Assembly (NCBI GenBank): GCA_963772835.1
Contig: CAVYYZ010000008.1
Span: 32,001 to 96,000 of the forward strand
Length of the DNA: 64,000 nt
Origin: an uncultured delta proteobacterium
Lineage (GTDB): Bacteria > Desulfobacterota > Desulfuromonadia > Geobacterales > Pseudopelobacteraceae
Reading direction: 5' to 3'
Below the pieces are notes generated by a model, which saw only the letters and a list, made by a program, of their open reading frames with translations, did not search any database and was not told the DNA's origin. Positions 1 to 11,155 of the stretch are shown here, piece by piece (the first letter of the stretch is position 1; the number at the start of each line of letters is the position of its first letter). Position numbers and translations under genes: made by a program.

Positions 1-1
1 C

Positions 2-1183
2 ACGTTCCAGCGGGAGCCTGCGGTTGCACGCGGCAAAGTCGCACTGGCCCAGCATATTCTTGCAGACGATATCGGTCTGGACGACCAGACTTATATGGCC
101 ATGTCAAAGTGTCTGCTCTGCGGGAGCTGTGTTGACAAATGTCCGAACGATGTACCGACGGATGAGATCGTTATCGCCGCCCGCGAGTCACTGGTACAGA
201 AACGTGGTCTGACCACATTCCATGCCGCGGTCGGTCAGGTGATCAAGAGCAGAGCCCGGATGAAAATGGGGGTCGGTATGGCATCTCTGCTGGGACCGCT
301 CTTTTTCAAGAAGGTTCCCGAAACGTCCGGTCTGCGCCTGCGCTTCCCGGTCCCGTTCGTCGGCAACAAACGATTTATCCCCGAAATCGCAAAAACCAGT
401 TTTATCGATCAACATCCTGAGGTTATTCCGGGAGAACCGGGCAAACCGCGAATCGCCTTTTTTGTCGGCTGTATGACCAATTTTGTCTATACCGATGTCG
501 GTGAGGCGGCGCTGGCACTGTTCCGCCATCTCGGCTGTACAATCATCATTCCAAAAGGGCAGCAGTGCTGCGGACTGCCGGGCATGTCGGGCGGAGATCT
601 GGCAACGGTGCGTGATCTGGCAGAAAAAAATCTGGCGGAATTCGAAAAATATGAAGTGGATTATGTCATGAGCGCCTGCGCAACCTGCGGCGGCGCCCTG
701 CATCGTCTCTATCCGCTTGTGGTTGGCAAGCGTAACCCTGAACTCAGGGAGCGGCTGGATGCCCTGGCGAAAAAGACCGTGGATGCATCACAGCTCCTGT
801 ACCAGTTGGGACTTGACCCCGGAGAGACCGGCGGGGGAGACGATATTCGCGTCACCTATCATGACCCGTGCCATCTCCGTACCCGTGGTGTAGTGAAGCA
901 GCCGCGCGAGCTTCTGAAAGGCACCCCCGGCGTTGAACTGATTGAAATGGCGGGGGCTGACAAATGTTGCGGTCTCGGGGGTACTTTTAATGTCTATCAC
1001 TATGAGTCATCGATGAACATCAATAATGAAAAAAGCGAAGCGATTGTCGCTACCGGTGCCCATGCTGTCGCTACCGGCTGTCCCGGCTGTATGATGCAGC
1101 TTTCCGACGGCCTCAAGCAGCATGCATCACACGTTAAAGTTGTACACACGCTGCAGCTGCTTGCGCGTCGGCTCAAACGGTGA
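2..1183 (+). CDS. glcF: (Fe-S)-binding protein, glycolate/lactate oxidase iron-sulfur subunit (GlcF-like); 5' truncated by window edge
   Basis: Frame open from base 2 (TFQREPAVARGKVALA...); CxxCxxCxxxCP ferredoxin motif and two CCG domains (QCCG, YHDPCH, KCCGLGG, TGCPGC). Confidence 0.8.
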   Translation, partial: TFQREPAVARGKVALAQHILADDIGLDDQTYMAMSKCLLCGSCVDKCPNDVPTDEIVIAARESLVQKRGLTTFHAAVGQVIKSRARMKMGVGMASLLGPLFFKKVPETSGLRLRFPVPFVGNKRFIPEIAKTSFIDQHPEVIPGEPGKPRIAFFVGCMTNFVYTDVGEAALALFRHLGCTIIIPKGQQCCGLPGMSGGDLATVRDLAEKNLAEFEKYEVDYVMSACATCGGALHRLYPLVVGKRNPELRERLDALAKKTVDASQLLYQLGLDPGETGGGDDIRVTYHDPCHLRTRGVVKQPRELLKGTPGVELIEMAGADKCCGLGGTFNVYHYESSMNINNEKSEAIVATGAHAVATGCPGCMMQLSDGLKQHASHVKVVHTLQLLARRLKR

Positions 1184-1252
1184 GTTTATTTATTCGGAAT
1201 AAACTTTTTTTATCAAAGCTGTTGATTTTTGGCTTGTAGAGAAGGAATTTTA

Positions 1253-1281
1253 TTGACATTGTAAAGCAAATTGTATACAAA
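1253..1281 (+). promoter_or_regulatory. candidate sigma70 promoter of the XRE regulator, with overlapping palindrome TTGTATACAA
   Basis: TTGACA (1253-1258), 17 bp, TACAAA; perfect 10-bp palindrome at 1271-1280. Confidence 0.45.
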
Positions 1282-1325
1282 CCCCGCACGGAAACTGAGT
1301 TTTACTTTAATTGTCAGGGGTTTGA

Positions 1326-1889
1326 ATGCGCGAATTCAACATTGGGGCTAAAATCAAAAAGCTCCGCCTTTCAAAAAAACTGACCCTCCAGGCTGTTGCC
1401 AAGGAGACCGGTTTCTCTCCCGCTCTCATCTCCCAGATCGAGAATAATAATGTTTCGCCTCCGATTGCCACTCTCTCCAGAATCGCTAAATTTTTCGACG
1501 TAAAAATAGGCATTTTTTTCACAGAAGATGAAGAAGAGTGCCGCTATGAAGTCGTCCGCTCTCACGAACGCAAATCGATCCCCCGCGTCATCTCCAAGGC
1601 GGGCACCAGCCAGGGCTATTCATACGAATCACTTTCATTTCACAAGCAAAACAAGAAAATGGAACCATTTCTGCTTTCTATTACTGAAAAAGCACTTGAA
1701 GAGAACACCTACAGCCATGACGGTGAAGAATTTCTCTTCATAATGAGCGGGACTGCCGAGCTTGTGCTCGATGAAAAGAGGATTGTTCTGCAGGAGGGGG
1801 ACTGTGTGTATTTTGATTCGTCATTAAAACACCGGCTGCTTTCACATGATGGTACCGAAGTCAAAGTATTGGCTGTCGTCACCCGATAA
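1326..1889 (+). CDS. XRE-family HTH transcriptional regulator with C-terminal cupin domain
   Basis: IGAKIKKLR...SPALISQIENN HTH; HDGEEF...GDCVYFDSSLKH cupin. Confidence 0.9.
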   Translation: MREFNIGAKIKKLRLSKKLTLQAVAKETGFSPALISQIENNNVSPPIATLSRIAKFFDVKIGIFFTEDEEECRYEVVRSHERKSIPRVISKAGTSQGYSYESLSFHKQNKKMEPFLLSITEKALEENTYSHDGEEFLFIMSGTAELVLDEKRIVLQEGDCVYFDSSLKHRLLSHDGTEVKVLAVVTR

Positions 1890-1934
1890 GATATAACACC
1901 AACACAGGTAGTTGCTAAACATTACACTGGAAGG

Positions 1935-3669
1935 ATGGCGAAGATGTCAAAAACAGCAATTAAACCATCACTGAAAAACCCGTTCGCACCGGCAGAAACT
2001 CAGGAATTTACAATTCCCGGGGAAATTCCGGGTAAAAAAGGCGGCTATGAAGAGGCCATGCAGGCAGGCCACGACCTGATTCAGCGCCCTACCAAGTCGG
2101 TCAGTATCGCCCAGATTGAAAAACAGCACTTCAAAAAGCGGATGACAGTGTGGGAACGGATTCGCGTCCTGACTGAAAACGAACCCAATATCCTCTTCCA
2201 GAACTGGGGTAAGAATCTGGACGGCGCCTCTCTGGTGACCGGCATACTCAATGTCAACGGTCGTGACGTTGCGATTTACGGCCATGATTTCACGGTCCGT
2301 GCCGGTTCCATCGATGCCACCAATGGCCGAAAACTGGCTCTCCTGTTTCAGATGGCGGGTGAGAAGGGCATACCACTGATCGGCATGAACGACTCGGCCG
2401 GTGCTTTTGTGCCTGCCGGAGTGGGTGGTCTGGACGGCTATGCCGAGGCCTTTACGGCACTCCGCAAAATCAGCGGTGTTGTCCCGTCAATCATGTGCAT
2501 GTTCGGCTTCAATGCCGGCGGCGGCAGTTACCTTCCCCGTCAGGGCAGCTTCCTGATCCAGCCGCAGGACACGTTCTTTCGGTCTGACCGGTCCGGGAGT
2601 TGTCAAGTCGGTTCTGGGTGAGGATGTAACTCCTGAAGAGCTTGGGGGCCCAAGGTCCACGGACAGTCCGGGGTTGCCGATATGACGGTCGAGGATGAGG
2701 TCGATGCACTGCGTACAGCGCTGCAGCTGCTTTCCTATCTTCCCGACAACAACAGTGTCATGGCCCGTTTCCGGGAAACCAGCGATCCGCTGGACCGCAA
2801 AACCTGGGAGATCAACACCCTGCTGAAAAAGGCCTTCAACTCTCCCACCGGTTTTAACACTCCCTTCGACGTCTCCATCATGATCCAGCAGATCTGCGAC
2901 CATGGCGACTACTTTGAACTGCAGCGCGACCGTGCCCGCGAAGCGGTGACCGCACTCGGCCGTCTGGGTGGCAATGTTGTCGGTTTCGTAGCAAATAACA
3001 GCGCCGTTGCTTCAGGCCAGATTACGGTGGATTCCGCGTACAAGATTGCCCGTTTCAACCGTTTCTGCAACATCTACAACATCCCGATGATCTTCATGGA
3101 AGACACCACCGGATTCCTGCCGGGACGTGAGCAGGAAGGACGCGGCATTGTTCAGGCCGGTCGCGCCATGCTGGATTCGATCGTCGATATCAGAACGCCG
3201 CGTATTCTGCTGATCATCCGCAACGCCTACGGCGGGGCATATGCCTCGTACAACAACTATCCTACCGGTGCCGATCTGGTGCTGGCCCTCCCCACAACCC
3301 GTCTGGCGGTTATGGGGCCTGCCGGCAAGGAGTTTGTCTACAAGGATGAAGTGCGCAAGATGCGTGCAGCAGCTAACGACCGCATAAAACATGGTGTTGC
3401 AGGAACGTGTGGCAGCCGGCATGTCGCCCGGTGAGGCCAAGATGGATGCCGAAAAAGATGCCGCTGACTGGCTGAAAATTGAGGATGCCGCCCTGAACAT
3501 GCGCTATGAAAAAGAACTTATGAACCCGAAAGAGGGTCTGGCTCTGGGCTCCATCTCCTCCCTCGTTATGCCCACCGACCTGCGCAAGGTGCTGGGAGAA
3601 AATATGAATTTCTTCCTGCGTCATTACAAGCCGGGCCCGATGCAGGCCATTCAGCGCGAGTTCCATTAA
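1935..3669 (+). CDS. acyl-CoA (propionyl/acetyl-CoA) carboxylase, carboxyltransferase subunit; interrupted by 3 single-base indels
   Basis: [35 protein letters not shown] motifs; conserved [23 protein letters not shown] is out of frame between a +1 (~2578) and a -1 (~2650) indel; third shift at ~3395. Confidence 0.85.
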
Positions 3670-3702
3670 TTTCATTCATTTCAGATTGGAGATAAAGAGA
3701 CC

Positions 3703-6613
3703 ATGCCACAGACCGATTACTACAAGTATAATCCACTGGTTCACCGGAACCGCAAATTGAGCAAATCGACATCCGAGTGGGTACGCTCCTTTTCCTGTGA
3801 GGATCTCAAGCCGCTGATCGTGTGCCGCGGACCGATCCGTAAAGAGGCGATGGATGTTTATGACGAGATGGGAATCACACATTTCGGAATCCTTCTTTCC
3901 GAAAAAGACTCGATCATCTACCCGAACGCACTTGCGCCCGAATTGCGCCAGTTGACAGATTCCACCCGCGTCCACCGGGTGCCTGACTACAGCGGTGCCA
4001 GCAAGGAAGAACGGATCGAGCGCATCAACCAGATCATTCAGATGGCACTGGATAACGGCTATGACTCCATCTTTGCCGGGTATGGTTTTATGGCTGAGGA
4101 TGAAGAATTTGTTGCTGCCATTGAAAAGGCCGGTCTCAAGTTTATTGGACCATGCGCCGTAACTCAGGCGCGGGCCGGCAAGAAGGACGAAGCCAAGCGC
4201 ACCGCCCTGAAAGTAAATGTCAGCGTTACCCCCGGTGTCAACAACGTCACAGCCCTGACACTGCTCAAAAAATATCCGACCCGTGAAAAACTGCTCAAAC
4301 TGGCTGAAGCTGAAGAGCTTGCCTGCGATAAAAAGATTCTGGCGGACAAGAAGTTTGCTGTCGAACTGCTGGCTGATCATATCCTGATGGCCTCATACAG
4401 CAAGGGTATCGATCTGTTTTCAATTGAAGAACTCTGTGCTCAGGTGCAGGTTGAAGTGACGGAACTCTTTAAAAATTATCCGCAGAGCCGGTTCCGTATC
4501 AAGGCAATCGGTGGTGGTGGCGGCAAGGGTCAGCGGCTTCTGGGAGCTTCGCTGCTCGGCCTGAAAAAAGCCGATGAAAAGTCGATTGCCAAGGCGGCTG
4601 CCGAAGCCCCGGCCATGGTGCGCGAGGTTCTTAACGAGGTAAAGGCAAACGGTGTCGGTGAGAATAAAAACGTCCTGATCGAGCTGAACATCGAGCAGAC
4701 CCGCCACAACGAGATACAGCTGCTGGGCAACGGCGACTGGTGCATTTCTCTGGGTGGCCGCGACTGCTCCCTGCAGATGCACGAGCAGAAGCTGCTTGAG
4801 GTTTCCGTTACCCAGGAAGGGCTGATGGCTGCCATTGCAAAGGCCAAAACCGCCGGACGCAAGGCTGAGGTCAAGGCACTGGAAAGCGATCTGAAAGTGC
4901 TCGCACGGATGGAAGAGGAGTCGGCCCGTTTTGGTCAGGCGGTCGGTCTTGATTCCGCTTCGACCTTCGAGTGCATCGTCGATCGTGACCGTCACTTCTT
5001 CATGGAGGTAAACACCCGCATCCAGGTTGAACACCGCGTCACCGAGCTCTGCTACAGTCTCAAATTCACCAACCCCAAGGATAAGAATGATTTCTTCATG
5101 GTCGAGTCCCTGGTAGAGGCCATGGCTCTGCTGGCACAACACAAAGAACGTCTCCCCAAACCGGAGCGGGTTGTCCGTTTCAATGCTTCGGTCGAGGCCC
5201 GGCTTAATGCCACGGACGCATCACTGTCTCCTCATGCCGGCGGTATGATTCGTTACTGGTCGAAGCCGATCAAAGGCGAAGTCCGTGATGATCAGGGCAT
5301 CAGCATGACCAATCCGGATACCGGCATCTTCATGAAATATAAAGTAGCCGGTGCCTACGACTCCAATATTGCCCTGCTGCTCACCAAGGGCGATGATCGA
5401 CTGGCCAGCTATGAGCGTCTCTCAGATGTGTTGTGCAGTACCACGCTGCGCGGCAGCGCATTGGCAACAAACCTTGAATTCCATTACGGACTGGTTAACT
5501 GGTTCCTGGGCAGAAATGTTATGGCCAAGCCGACGACCCGTTTCGTGGTTCCCTACCTGGCTTTGGTCGGCACTCTCAAAGAAGAGGCCAACAAGCTGGA
5601 TGTTGTACATGCCTTCTTCCAGATGAAGAAGCATTACGCCAAACATGTTGCTGAACAGTTTGCCGATCAACCGGAAGTCTGTGCCAAAGAGCTGAAAAAC
5701 ATGTCCACTCTGCTTGACCGCAAAGGGACACTGATCACCCGCCCTATGGAGCGCCTCCTTGAAGATCCGCACCTTCTGTCGGGATGGCTGAGCATGAATA
5801 CGAAGAACTTCCGCATTGAAAAAGGCAAGGTTATCTGGTTGAGAAACCCGCTTGGCGTACTCAGTGAAACGTATGAATATCTTCATATGAATTACCGTCC
5901 CCACAAGCCGGCGGCCGAAATAATCTGGGATCACGACAACGAGCTGCTGCAGCAGTCTATTCACTTCTACCGGACCCTGCGGGAAAAACTCGGGCTGGAG
6001 CGGGAGGAGTATTTCAAGCTTAATGACCTGGTAAAGATGGAAACACCGCAGGCCGGTTTTGATGCAACAACATGGGAACAGATCCGTTCCGCCCATTATG
6101 GGTATGAGGCCGGGCTCGAACTGCTGGGCTATGTTGTTTCTGATCGGTGTGAACACCAAATTCTGGGATATGAAGGTTCAGGATGACCTGGAGGTGGTAA
6201 TCCCCGATTACCTGACTGATCTCGATCTTCAGGCCCGGATGAAAAAAATCCTGGTGCCGCCGCCGGCTACCAAAGCCGATGAAATCGTTGCATCGTGCGG
6301 CGGTATGTACTACGGCCAGGAGGCGCCCGGCCTGCCGATGTTTGTGAGCGAAGGAATGCATTTCGAGAAGGATCAGCCACTGTACATCATTGAAGTAATG
6401 AAAATGTTCAACACTATCCGGGCACCTTTCTCCGGTACTATTGACAAGATCATCATGGAAGGGGCCAACGGTTCCATCGTTCAGAAGGGACAGCCTCTCT
6501 TCAAGATCACCCCCGATGAAAAATTTGTCGAAGTTGATCATAAGGCAATTGAAAAAGAAAAACGTGAACGGACGGCGGAATATCTGAAAGCAGTACTGCA
6601 TAACACGCTATAG
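3703..6613 (+). CDS. biotin carboxylase fused to C-terminal biotinyl domain; one frameshift at ~6130
   Basis: AGYGFMAE, KAIGGGGGKG, RDCSLQ, FMEVNTRIQVEH motifs; EVMKM biotin-attachment motif in ORF 6059..6613. Confidence 0.85.
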
Positions 6614-6641
6614 GTTCCGCATCGAACGTAACGATGAAACC

Positions 6642-6681
6642 GGCCGGGGCGGGGAGCGTGACTTCTCCCCCGGCCTTTTTT
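6642..6681 (+). terminator. intrinsic terminator
   Basis: GGCCGGGG...CCCCGGCC stem followed by T6. Confidence 0.65.
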
Positions 6682-6718
6682 AAATTGAATAAAGGTAATT
6701 ACGTAAAAGGAGTTATAT

Positions 6719-8371
6719 ATGAGCATCAACGACAGCAAGCAGAAGTGGAATAAAAAGGTTGCAAAAAGCATCGTCAAATCACCCGAGAGGATGGATCCGT
6801 TCCTGACGTCATCCGATATTGAGATGGAGCGCTGTTTCACCCCCGGTTTCGACTACCCCGGATACGATGAACAGTTGGGATTGCCCGGTGAATATCCCTA
6901 TACCCGTGGCGTGCAGCCGACCATGTACCGCGGCCGCTTCTGGACAATGCGTCAATATGCCGGTTTCGGCACCGCCAAAGAGTCAAACGAACGCTATAAA
7001 TATCTTCTCTCGGCCGGCCAGACCGGTCTTTCGATCGCCTTTGACCTGCCGACCCAGATGGGCTACGACTCCGATGCCGGCATGAGTCTCGGAGAAGTCG
7101 GTAAAGTCGGCGTTGCGATCGACTCGCTGGCCGATATGGAGATCCTCTTCGACGGCATACCGCTCGACAAGGTTTCTACGTCGATGACGATCAACTCCAC
7201 CGCCGCGATCCTGCTCTGCATGTACATTGCCGTGGCGGAAAAGCAGGGGGTTTCGGCGGACAAGATCTCCGGTACGATCCAAAACGATATTCTCAAGGAA
7301 TATATGGCCAGAGGGACCTACATCTATCCACCAAAAGAGTCCATGAGGATCATCACCGACATTTTTGCCTACTGCAAGGACAACGTCCCCAAGTGGAATA
7401 CAATTTCCATTTCAGGCTATCACATCCGTGAAGCCGGTTCCAGCGCGGTACAGGAAGTTGCCTTCACGCTGGCAGACGGCATCGCCTATGTTGAGGCGGC
7501 AATCAAAGTAGGTATGGATGTTGATGAGTTCGCTCCGCGTCTGGCCTTCTTCTTTAATGCCCATAATAACCTGTTTGAAGAGGTTGCCAAATTTCGTGCG
7601 GCCCGCAGAATCTGGGCGAAAATAATGACAGAGCGCTTTGGCGCCAAAGACCCGAAATCACAGATGCTGCGCTTTCATACCCAGACCGCCGGCTGCACAC
7701 TGACTGCCCAGCAGCCGGACAACAACATCATGCGTGTAACCATCCAGGCACTGTCTGCCGTGCTGGGCGGCACCCAGTCGCTGCACACCAACTCCCGTGA
7801 CGAAGCGCTGGCGCTGCCGACGGAAGATTCGGTCCGCATTGCTCTGCGCACCCAGCAGGTCATCGCCTACGAATCGGGCGCAGCAGACAGCATCGATCCG
7901 CTGGCAGGTTCGTTCCTGGTGGAATCATTGACTGATCAGATTGAAAAAGCCGCGCTGGAATACATAGAAAAAATCGACAAACTGGGAGGGGCGGTTGAGG
8001 CGATCTCGCGCGGGTTCCAGCAGAAGGAGATCCAGGATTCGGCGTACGCATATCAGAAGTCGATTGAGAAAAACGAACTGATCATAGTCGGCGTCAACAA
8101 GTTCACCGTTCAGGAACCGCCTCCGACCGGTCTGCTGAGGGTCAAGGAAGAGGTGGAGATCTCGCAGAAGAAGTCACTTGGGGAAATGAAAGCGAGGCGG
8201 GATAATGACGCGGTTAAAGCGGCCCTGGTTACATTGGAAAAAGCCGCAAAAGGCACTGATAACCTGATGCCACATATCCTGGCGGCGGTCAAGACCTATG
8301 CGACATTGGGCGAGATTGCCGATGTCTTCCGCGGGGTATTCGGGAAGCATACGGAGACGGTCGTTTTATAA
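6719..8371 (+). CDS. methylmalonyl-CoA mutase, large (substrate-binding) subunit
   Basis: [34 protein letters not shown] motifs; no C-terminal B12-binding domain. Confidence 0.95.
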   Translation: MSINDSKQKWNKKVAKSIVKSPERMDPFLTSSDIEMERCFTPGFDYPGYDEQLGLPGEYPYTRGVQPTMYRGRFWTMRQYAGFGTAKESNERYKYLLSAGQTGLSIAFDLPTQMGYDSDAGMSLGEVGKVGVAIDSLADMEILFDGIPLDKVSTSMTINSTAAILLCMYIAVAEKQGVSADKISGTIQNDILKEYMARGTYIYPPKESMRIITDIFAYCKDNVPKWNTISISGYHIREAGSSAVQEVAFTLADGIAYVEAAIKVGMDVDEFAPRLAFFFNAHNNLFEEVAKFRAARRIWAKIMTERFGAKDPKSQMLRFHTQTAGCTLTAQQPDNNIMRVTIQALSAVLGGTQSLHTNSRDEALALPTEDSVRIALRTQQVIAYESGAADSIDPLAGSFLVESLTDQIEKAALEYIEKIDKLGGAVEAISRGFQQKEIQDSAYAYQKSIEKNELIIVGVNKFTVQEPPPTGLLRVKEEVEISQKKSLGEMKARRDNDAVKAALVTLEKAAKGTDNLMPHILAAVKTYATLGEIADVFRGVFGKHTETVVL

Positions 8372-8373
8372 TA

Positions 8374-8783
8374 ATGATTGAACCACAGAGCAACGGAGCA
8401 TCAGAGAAAATCTATCTTGAAGCTGATATAACCAGCCGAATTATTGGTTGCGCCATCGAAGTCCACAAAACATTGGGTCCAGGACTTTTAGAATCAGTGT
8501 ACGAGTCGTGTCTTGCATTTGAACTAACAAAATCAGGTTTACGGGTCGAACGGCAGAAGCCTCTACCTGTTCGTTATAAAGGACTCCTTTTTGACAAAGG
8601 TTTCGACTCGATTTGTTTGTGGAAGAAAAAGTAATAGTTGAATTGAAATGTGTTGAAAAAAAACTGTCTATTCATGAAGCTCAGATTTATACGTATTTGA
8701 AACTGATGGGGATTAAGATCGGACTGCTGGTAAACTTTAACACTAAATTGCTGAAAGACGGAATTATAAGAATTGCCTGTTGA
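8374..8783 (+). CDS. GxxExxY family protein (predicted PD-(D/E)XK-like nuclease); one-base deletion at ~8602
   Basis: IIGCAIEVHKTLGPGLLESVYE motif; adding one T restores GFRLDLFVEEKVIVELKCV...HEAQIYTYLK...GLLVNFN to TGA at 8781-8783. Confidence 0.85.
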
Positions 8784-8821
8784 TCTTGCTTCTCTCCGTT
8801 GCTCTGTTGCTCTGTGGTTCA
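8379..8821. mobile_element. putative element: GxxExxY gene bounded by 29-bp imperfect inverted repeats
   Basis: Left 8379-8407 TGAACCACAGAGCAACGGAGCATCAGAGA vs reverse complement of right arm 8793-8821 TGAACCACAGAGCAACAGAGCAACGGAGA (26/29). Confidence 0.6.
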
Positions 8822-8839
8822 TAAAGAAAGGTTCTAAAT

Positions 8840-9244
8840 ATGTTGACTAAAATCAATCACATAGGTATTGCCGTCGCTTCCTTGGAGGCAACCATCCCGT
8901 TCTATCGCGACACTCTCGGCATGGACTTTGCCGGAATTGAAGTGGTTGCCGGGCAGAAGGTCCGGGTCGCCATGTTGCAGGTAGGTGAATCCAAGATTGA
9001 ACTGCTGGAGCCGACGTCCGAAGATAGCCCGGTTGCCCGGTTTATTGAAAAGAACGGGGCCGGTATCCACCACATCGCCTACGAAGTTGAGGATATTGAG
9101 GCTGCTATTGCCGTTTTACTGAATGACGGCGCCCGTATGATCGATGAGACCCCGCGGGAGGGTGCTCACGGCACACGCATCGCGTTTATTCACCCGAAAA
9201 GCAGCAACGGAGTCCTGACGGAGTTGTGTCAGGGCGGGCACTGA
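8840..9244 (+). CDS. mce: methylmalonyl-CoA epimerase
   Basis: INHIGIAV, KIELLEP, GIHHIAY, IAFIHPKS..GVLTEL VOC motifs; downstream of the mutase. Confidence 0.92.
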   Translation: MLTKINHIGIAVASLEATIPFYRDTLGMDFAGIEVVAGQKVRVAMLQVGESKIELLEPTSEDSPVARFIEKNGAGIHHIAYEVEDIEAAIAVLLNDGARMIDETPREGAHGTRIAFIHPKSSNGVLTELCQGGH

Positions 9245-9316
9245 AAACGAAAGCAGAAAAAAATGAGCTACTGTTCTATTTTTATCACCTTTGAGACGTT
9301 AATTGTTAATTTAATG

Positions 9317-9344
9317 TTGACATTCGTTTGATTTGTTGTATATT
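9317..9344 (+). promoter_or_regulatory. candidate sigma70 promoter upstream of porin leader
   Basis: TTGACA, 16 bp, TATATT. Confidence 0.55.
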
Positions 9345-9697
9345 GCGGCCATTCAAATAGAACGGCACCTGAAACAAACGAACCTAGTAGTAGCTAACCG
9401 ATTATAATTACTGAGCACCAGCACTGCTGGCAGCAACGACCGGGAGCGAAACACACTGTGAACGTTTCAGAAGAAAAAAATAGTTGCGTAGTCAGTATTG
9501 TACCTTTAGGCATCCTCTTTGAGATGGATGCTTAAAGGTATTTGTGTTTAGAGAGTCTTTTGTTTCCGCTGGCGATGAGATTCAGATGGTACGGCCAAAT
9601 TAATTGTGAAAGGTGGTGAGCAACGGCATCAAACTGATCTGACAGTACGTTAACCAAGTTGTGTACGCAAATATCATAAAAAATGGGAGGAACACAC

Positions 9698-11044
9698 ATG
9701 AATTTCAAGAAAACAGTAGCAATTGCAACAGCAGTAGGTGCATTAGCCGCGATCTCCGTACCGGCAATGGCAATGGAGAACGAGTTCCACGGCATGTATC
9801 GCCTGCGTGCGATGATGTCCAATTTCGAAAACGCCGGTGGCGGCACTCTTGCTAAAGATGCTCCGACCATGACCGTTTTTGAGCAGCGGGCACGTCTGCA
9901 GTACACCGCAAAAGCCAGCGACGATCTGAAACTGGTTACTCATTTCGAAATCGACTCCAGCTGGGGCGATGCTGCTTATGCTAACGGTCGTGGAACTGGC
10001 GGCGGTATGGCTGCTGACACGGTTAACCTTGAGACCAAAAACGTCTATCTTGATTTTAACTGCCCGCTGACCGGCGCAAACGTCAAGGTCGGTATCCAGG
10101 GCGTAAACGATGCCTACAAAGGGGTCTTTTTCACCGATGATATGGCAGGTATTTTCGCTTCCAAGAAATTCGGCATGGTAACTGCCACCGCCGGTTTCTC
10201 GCGTCTGTATGATTATGCAGGTGCCAGCGCAATCGGTCGTAGTACCGACGACCTCTACCTTCTCGATGCCAAGTTCAATCTCAGCAAAAACCTGACGCTG
10301 GGCGGTTCCTACTACCTGGTTCGTAACGACGTCACCGCCGCTCCAGTTACTGTTCCTGTAACTACTCCTTACAAAAAAACACAGGACGTTCATATGCTCG
10401 GCGTAAATGCCGCTGCCAATTTCGGCATCGTAAGCGCTGACGCCTTCCTGGCCTATCAGGGTGGTAAGGAAATAGCAGTTACTGACAGAGATCTGTCTGC
10501 ATTTGCCGGCCTGGTTGCCGTCAAAGCCAACCTCGCGGCGGCCGGTACTCTTCGTGGTGCCGTACTGTACACTTCCGGTGATGATGGCAAATCAACATCA
10601 AAATCCACTGCATGGCAGTCACTCAACAGCAGCAGTGGTGTCAATACTGCCAAAAATGTTTCTTCGAACTCCTACTACGACGCCAACATGCTGCTCCTCA
10701 TGAGAAGCAAATGGAATATGGATTCCGACAAGGCGCTCGTCAACACCACCAACAACAATAACCATGGCCTGACACTGCTGGCTCTCGGCTACGACCTGAA
10801 GTTCACCGACAAGCTGTCTGTATCCGCCAATGCCGGCTACGCAATGTACAGCCAGAAGGGGACTGCCACAGACTCTGCGATCGGTACAGAAATCAATGCT
10901 CAGCTTGACTACAAGATGTTCGCCAATCTGACCACCAGCGTCCAGGTAGCATACGTCATCCTTGGCGATGCAGTAAAAACCGTTGCCGGTAAAACTGCCG
11001 ACAATCCTTACCTGACCGCAGTAATGATGAACTACTCGTTCTAG
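9698..11044 (+). CDS. outer-membrane beta-barrel porin, OmpJ-like
   Basis: GGAGG RBS, signal peptide, FEQRARLQY/THFEID/NLETKNVY segments, C-terminal aromatic YSF. Confidence 0.75.
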   Translation: MNFKKTVAIATAVGALAAISVPAMAMENEFHGMYRLRAMMSNFENAGGGTLAKDAPTMTVFEQRARLQYTAKASDDLKLVTHFEIDSSWGDAAYANGRGTGGGMAADTVNLETKNVYLDFNCPLTGANVKVGIQGVNDAYKGVFFTDDMAGIFASKKFGMVTATAGFSRLYDYAGASAIGRSTDDLYLLDAKFNLSKNLTLGGSYYLVRNDVTAAPVTVPVTTPYKKTQDVHMLGVNAAANFGIVSADAFLAYQGGKEIAVTDRDLSAFAGLVAVKANLAAAGTLRGAVLYTSGDDGKSTSKSTAWQSLNSSSGVNTAKNVSSNSYYDANMLLLMRSKWNMDSDKALVNTTNNNNHGLTLLALGYDLKFTDKLSVSANAGYAMYSQKGTATDSAIGTEINAQLDYKMFANLTTSVQVAYVILGDAVKTVAGKTADNPYLTAVMMNYSF

Positions 11045-11068
11045 TAGCTGCTTTACCCAGATGGACCG

Positions 11069-11098
11069 AAGGGCGGGAGAAATCCCGCCCTTTTTTTT
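11069..11098 (+). terminator. intrinsic terminator
   Basis: GGGCGGGA-GAAA-TCCCGCCC + T8. Confidence 0.85.
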
Positions 11099-11155
11099 GA
11101 CCTGGGCAGAAGTTTGTGCGATAATCCGGCGACTGAAAACTGAAGCGGAGGAAAC

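Noticed and set aside
2575..6135. Programmed frameshifting in the carboxylase genes
   Set aside because: Four shifts of mixed sign, with no slippery heptamer or stimulatory structure seen; sequencing error is simpler
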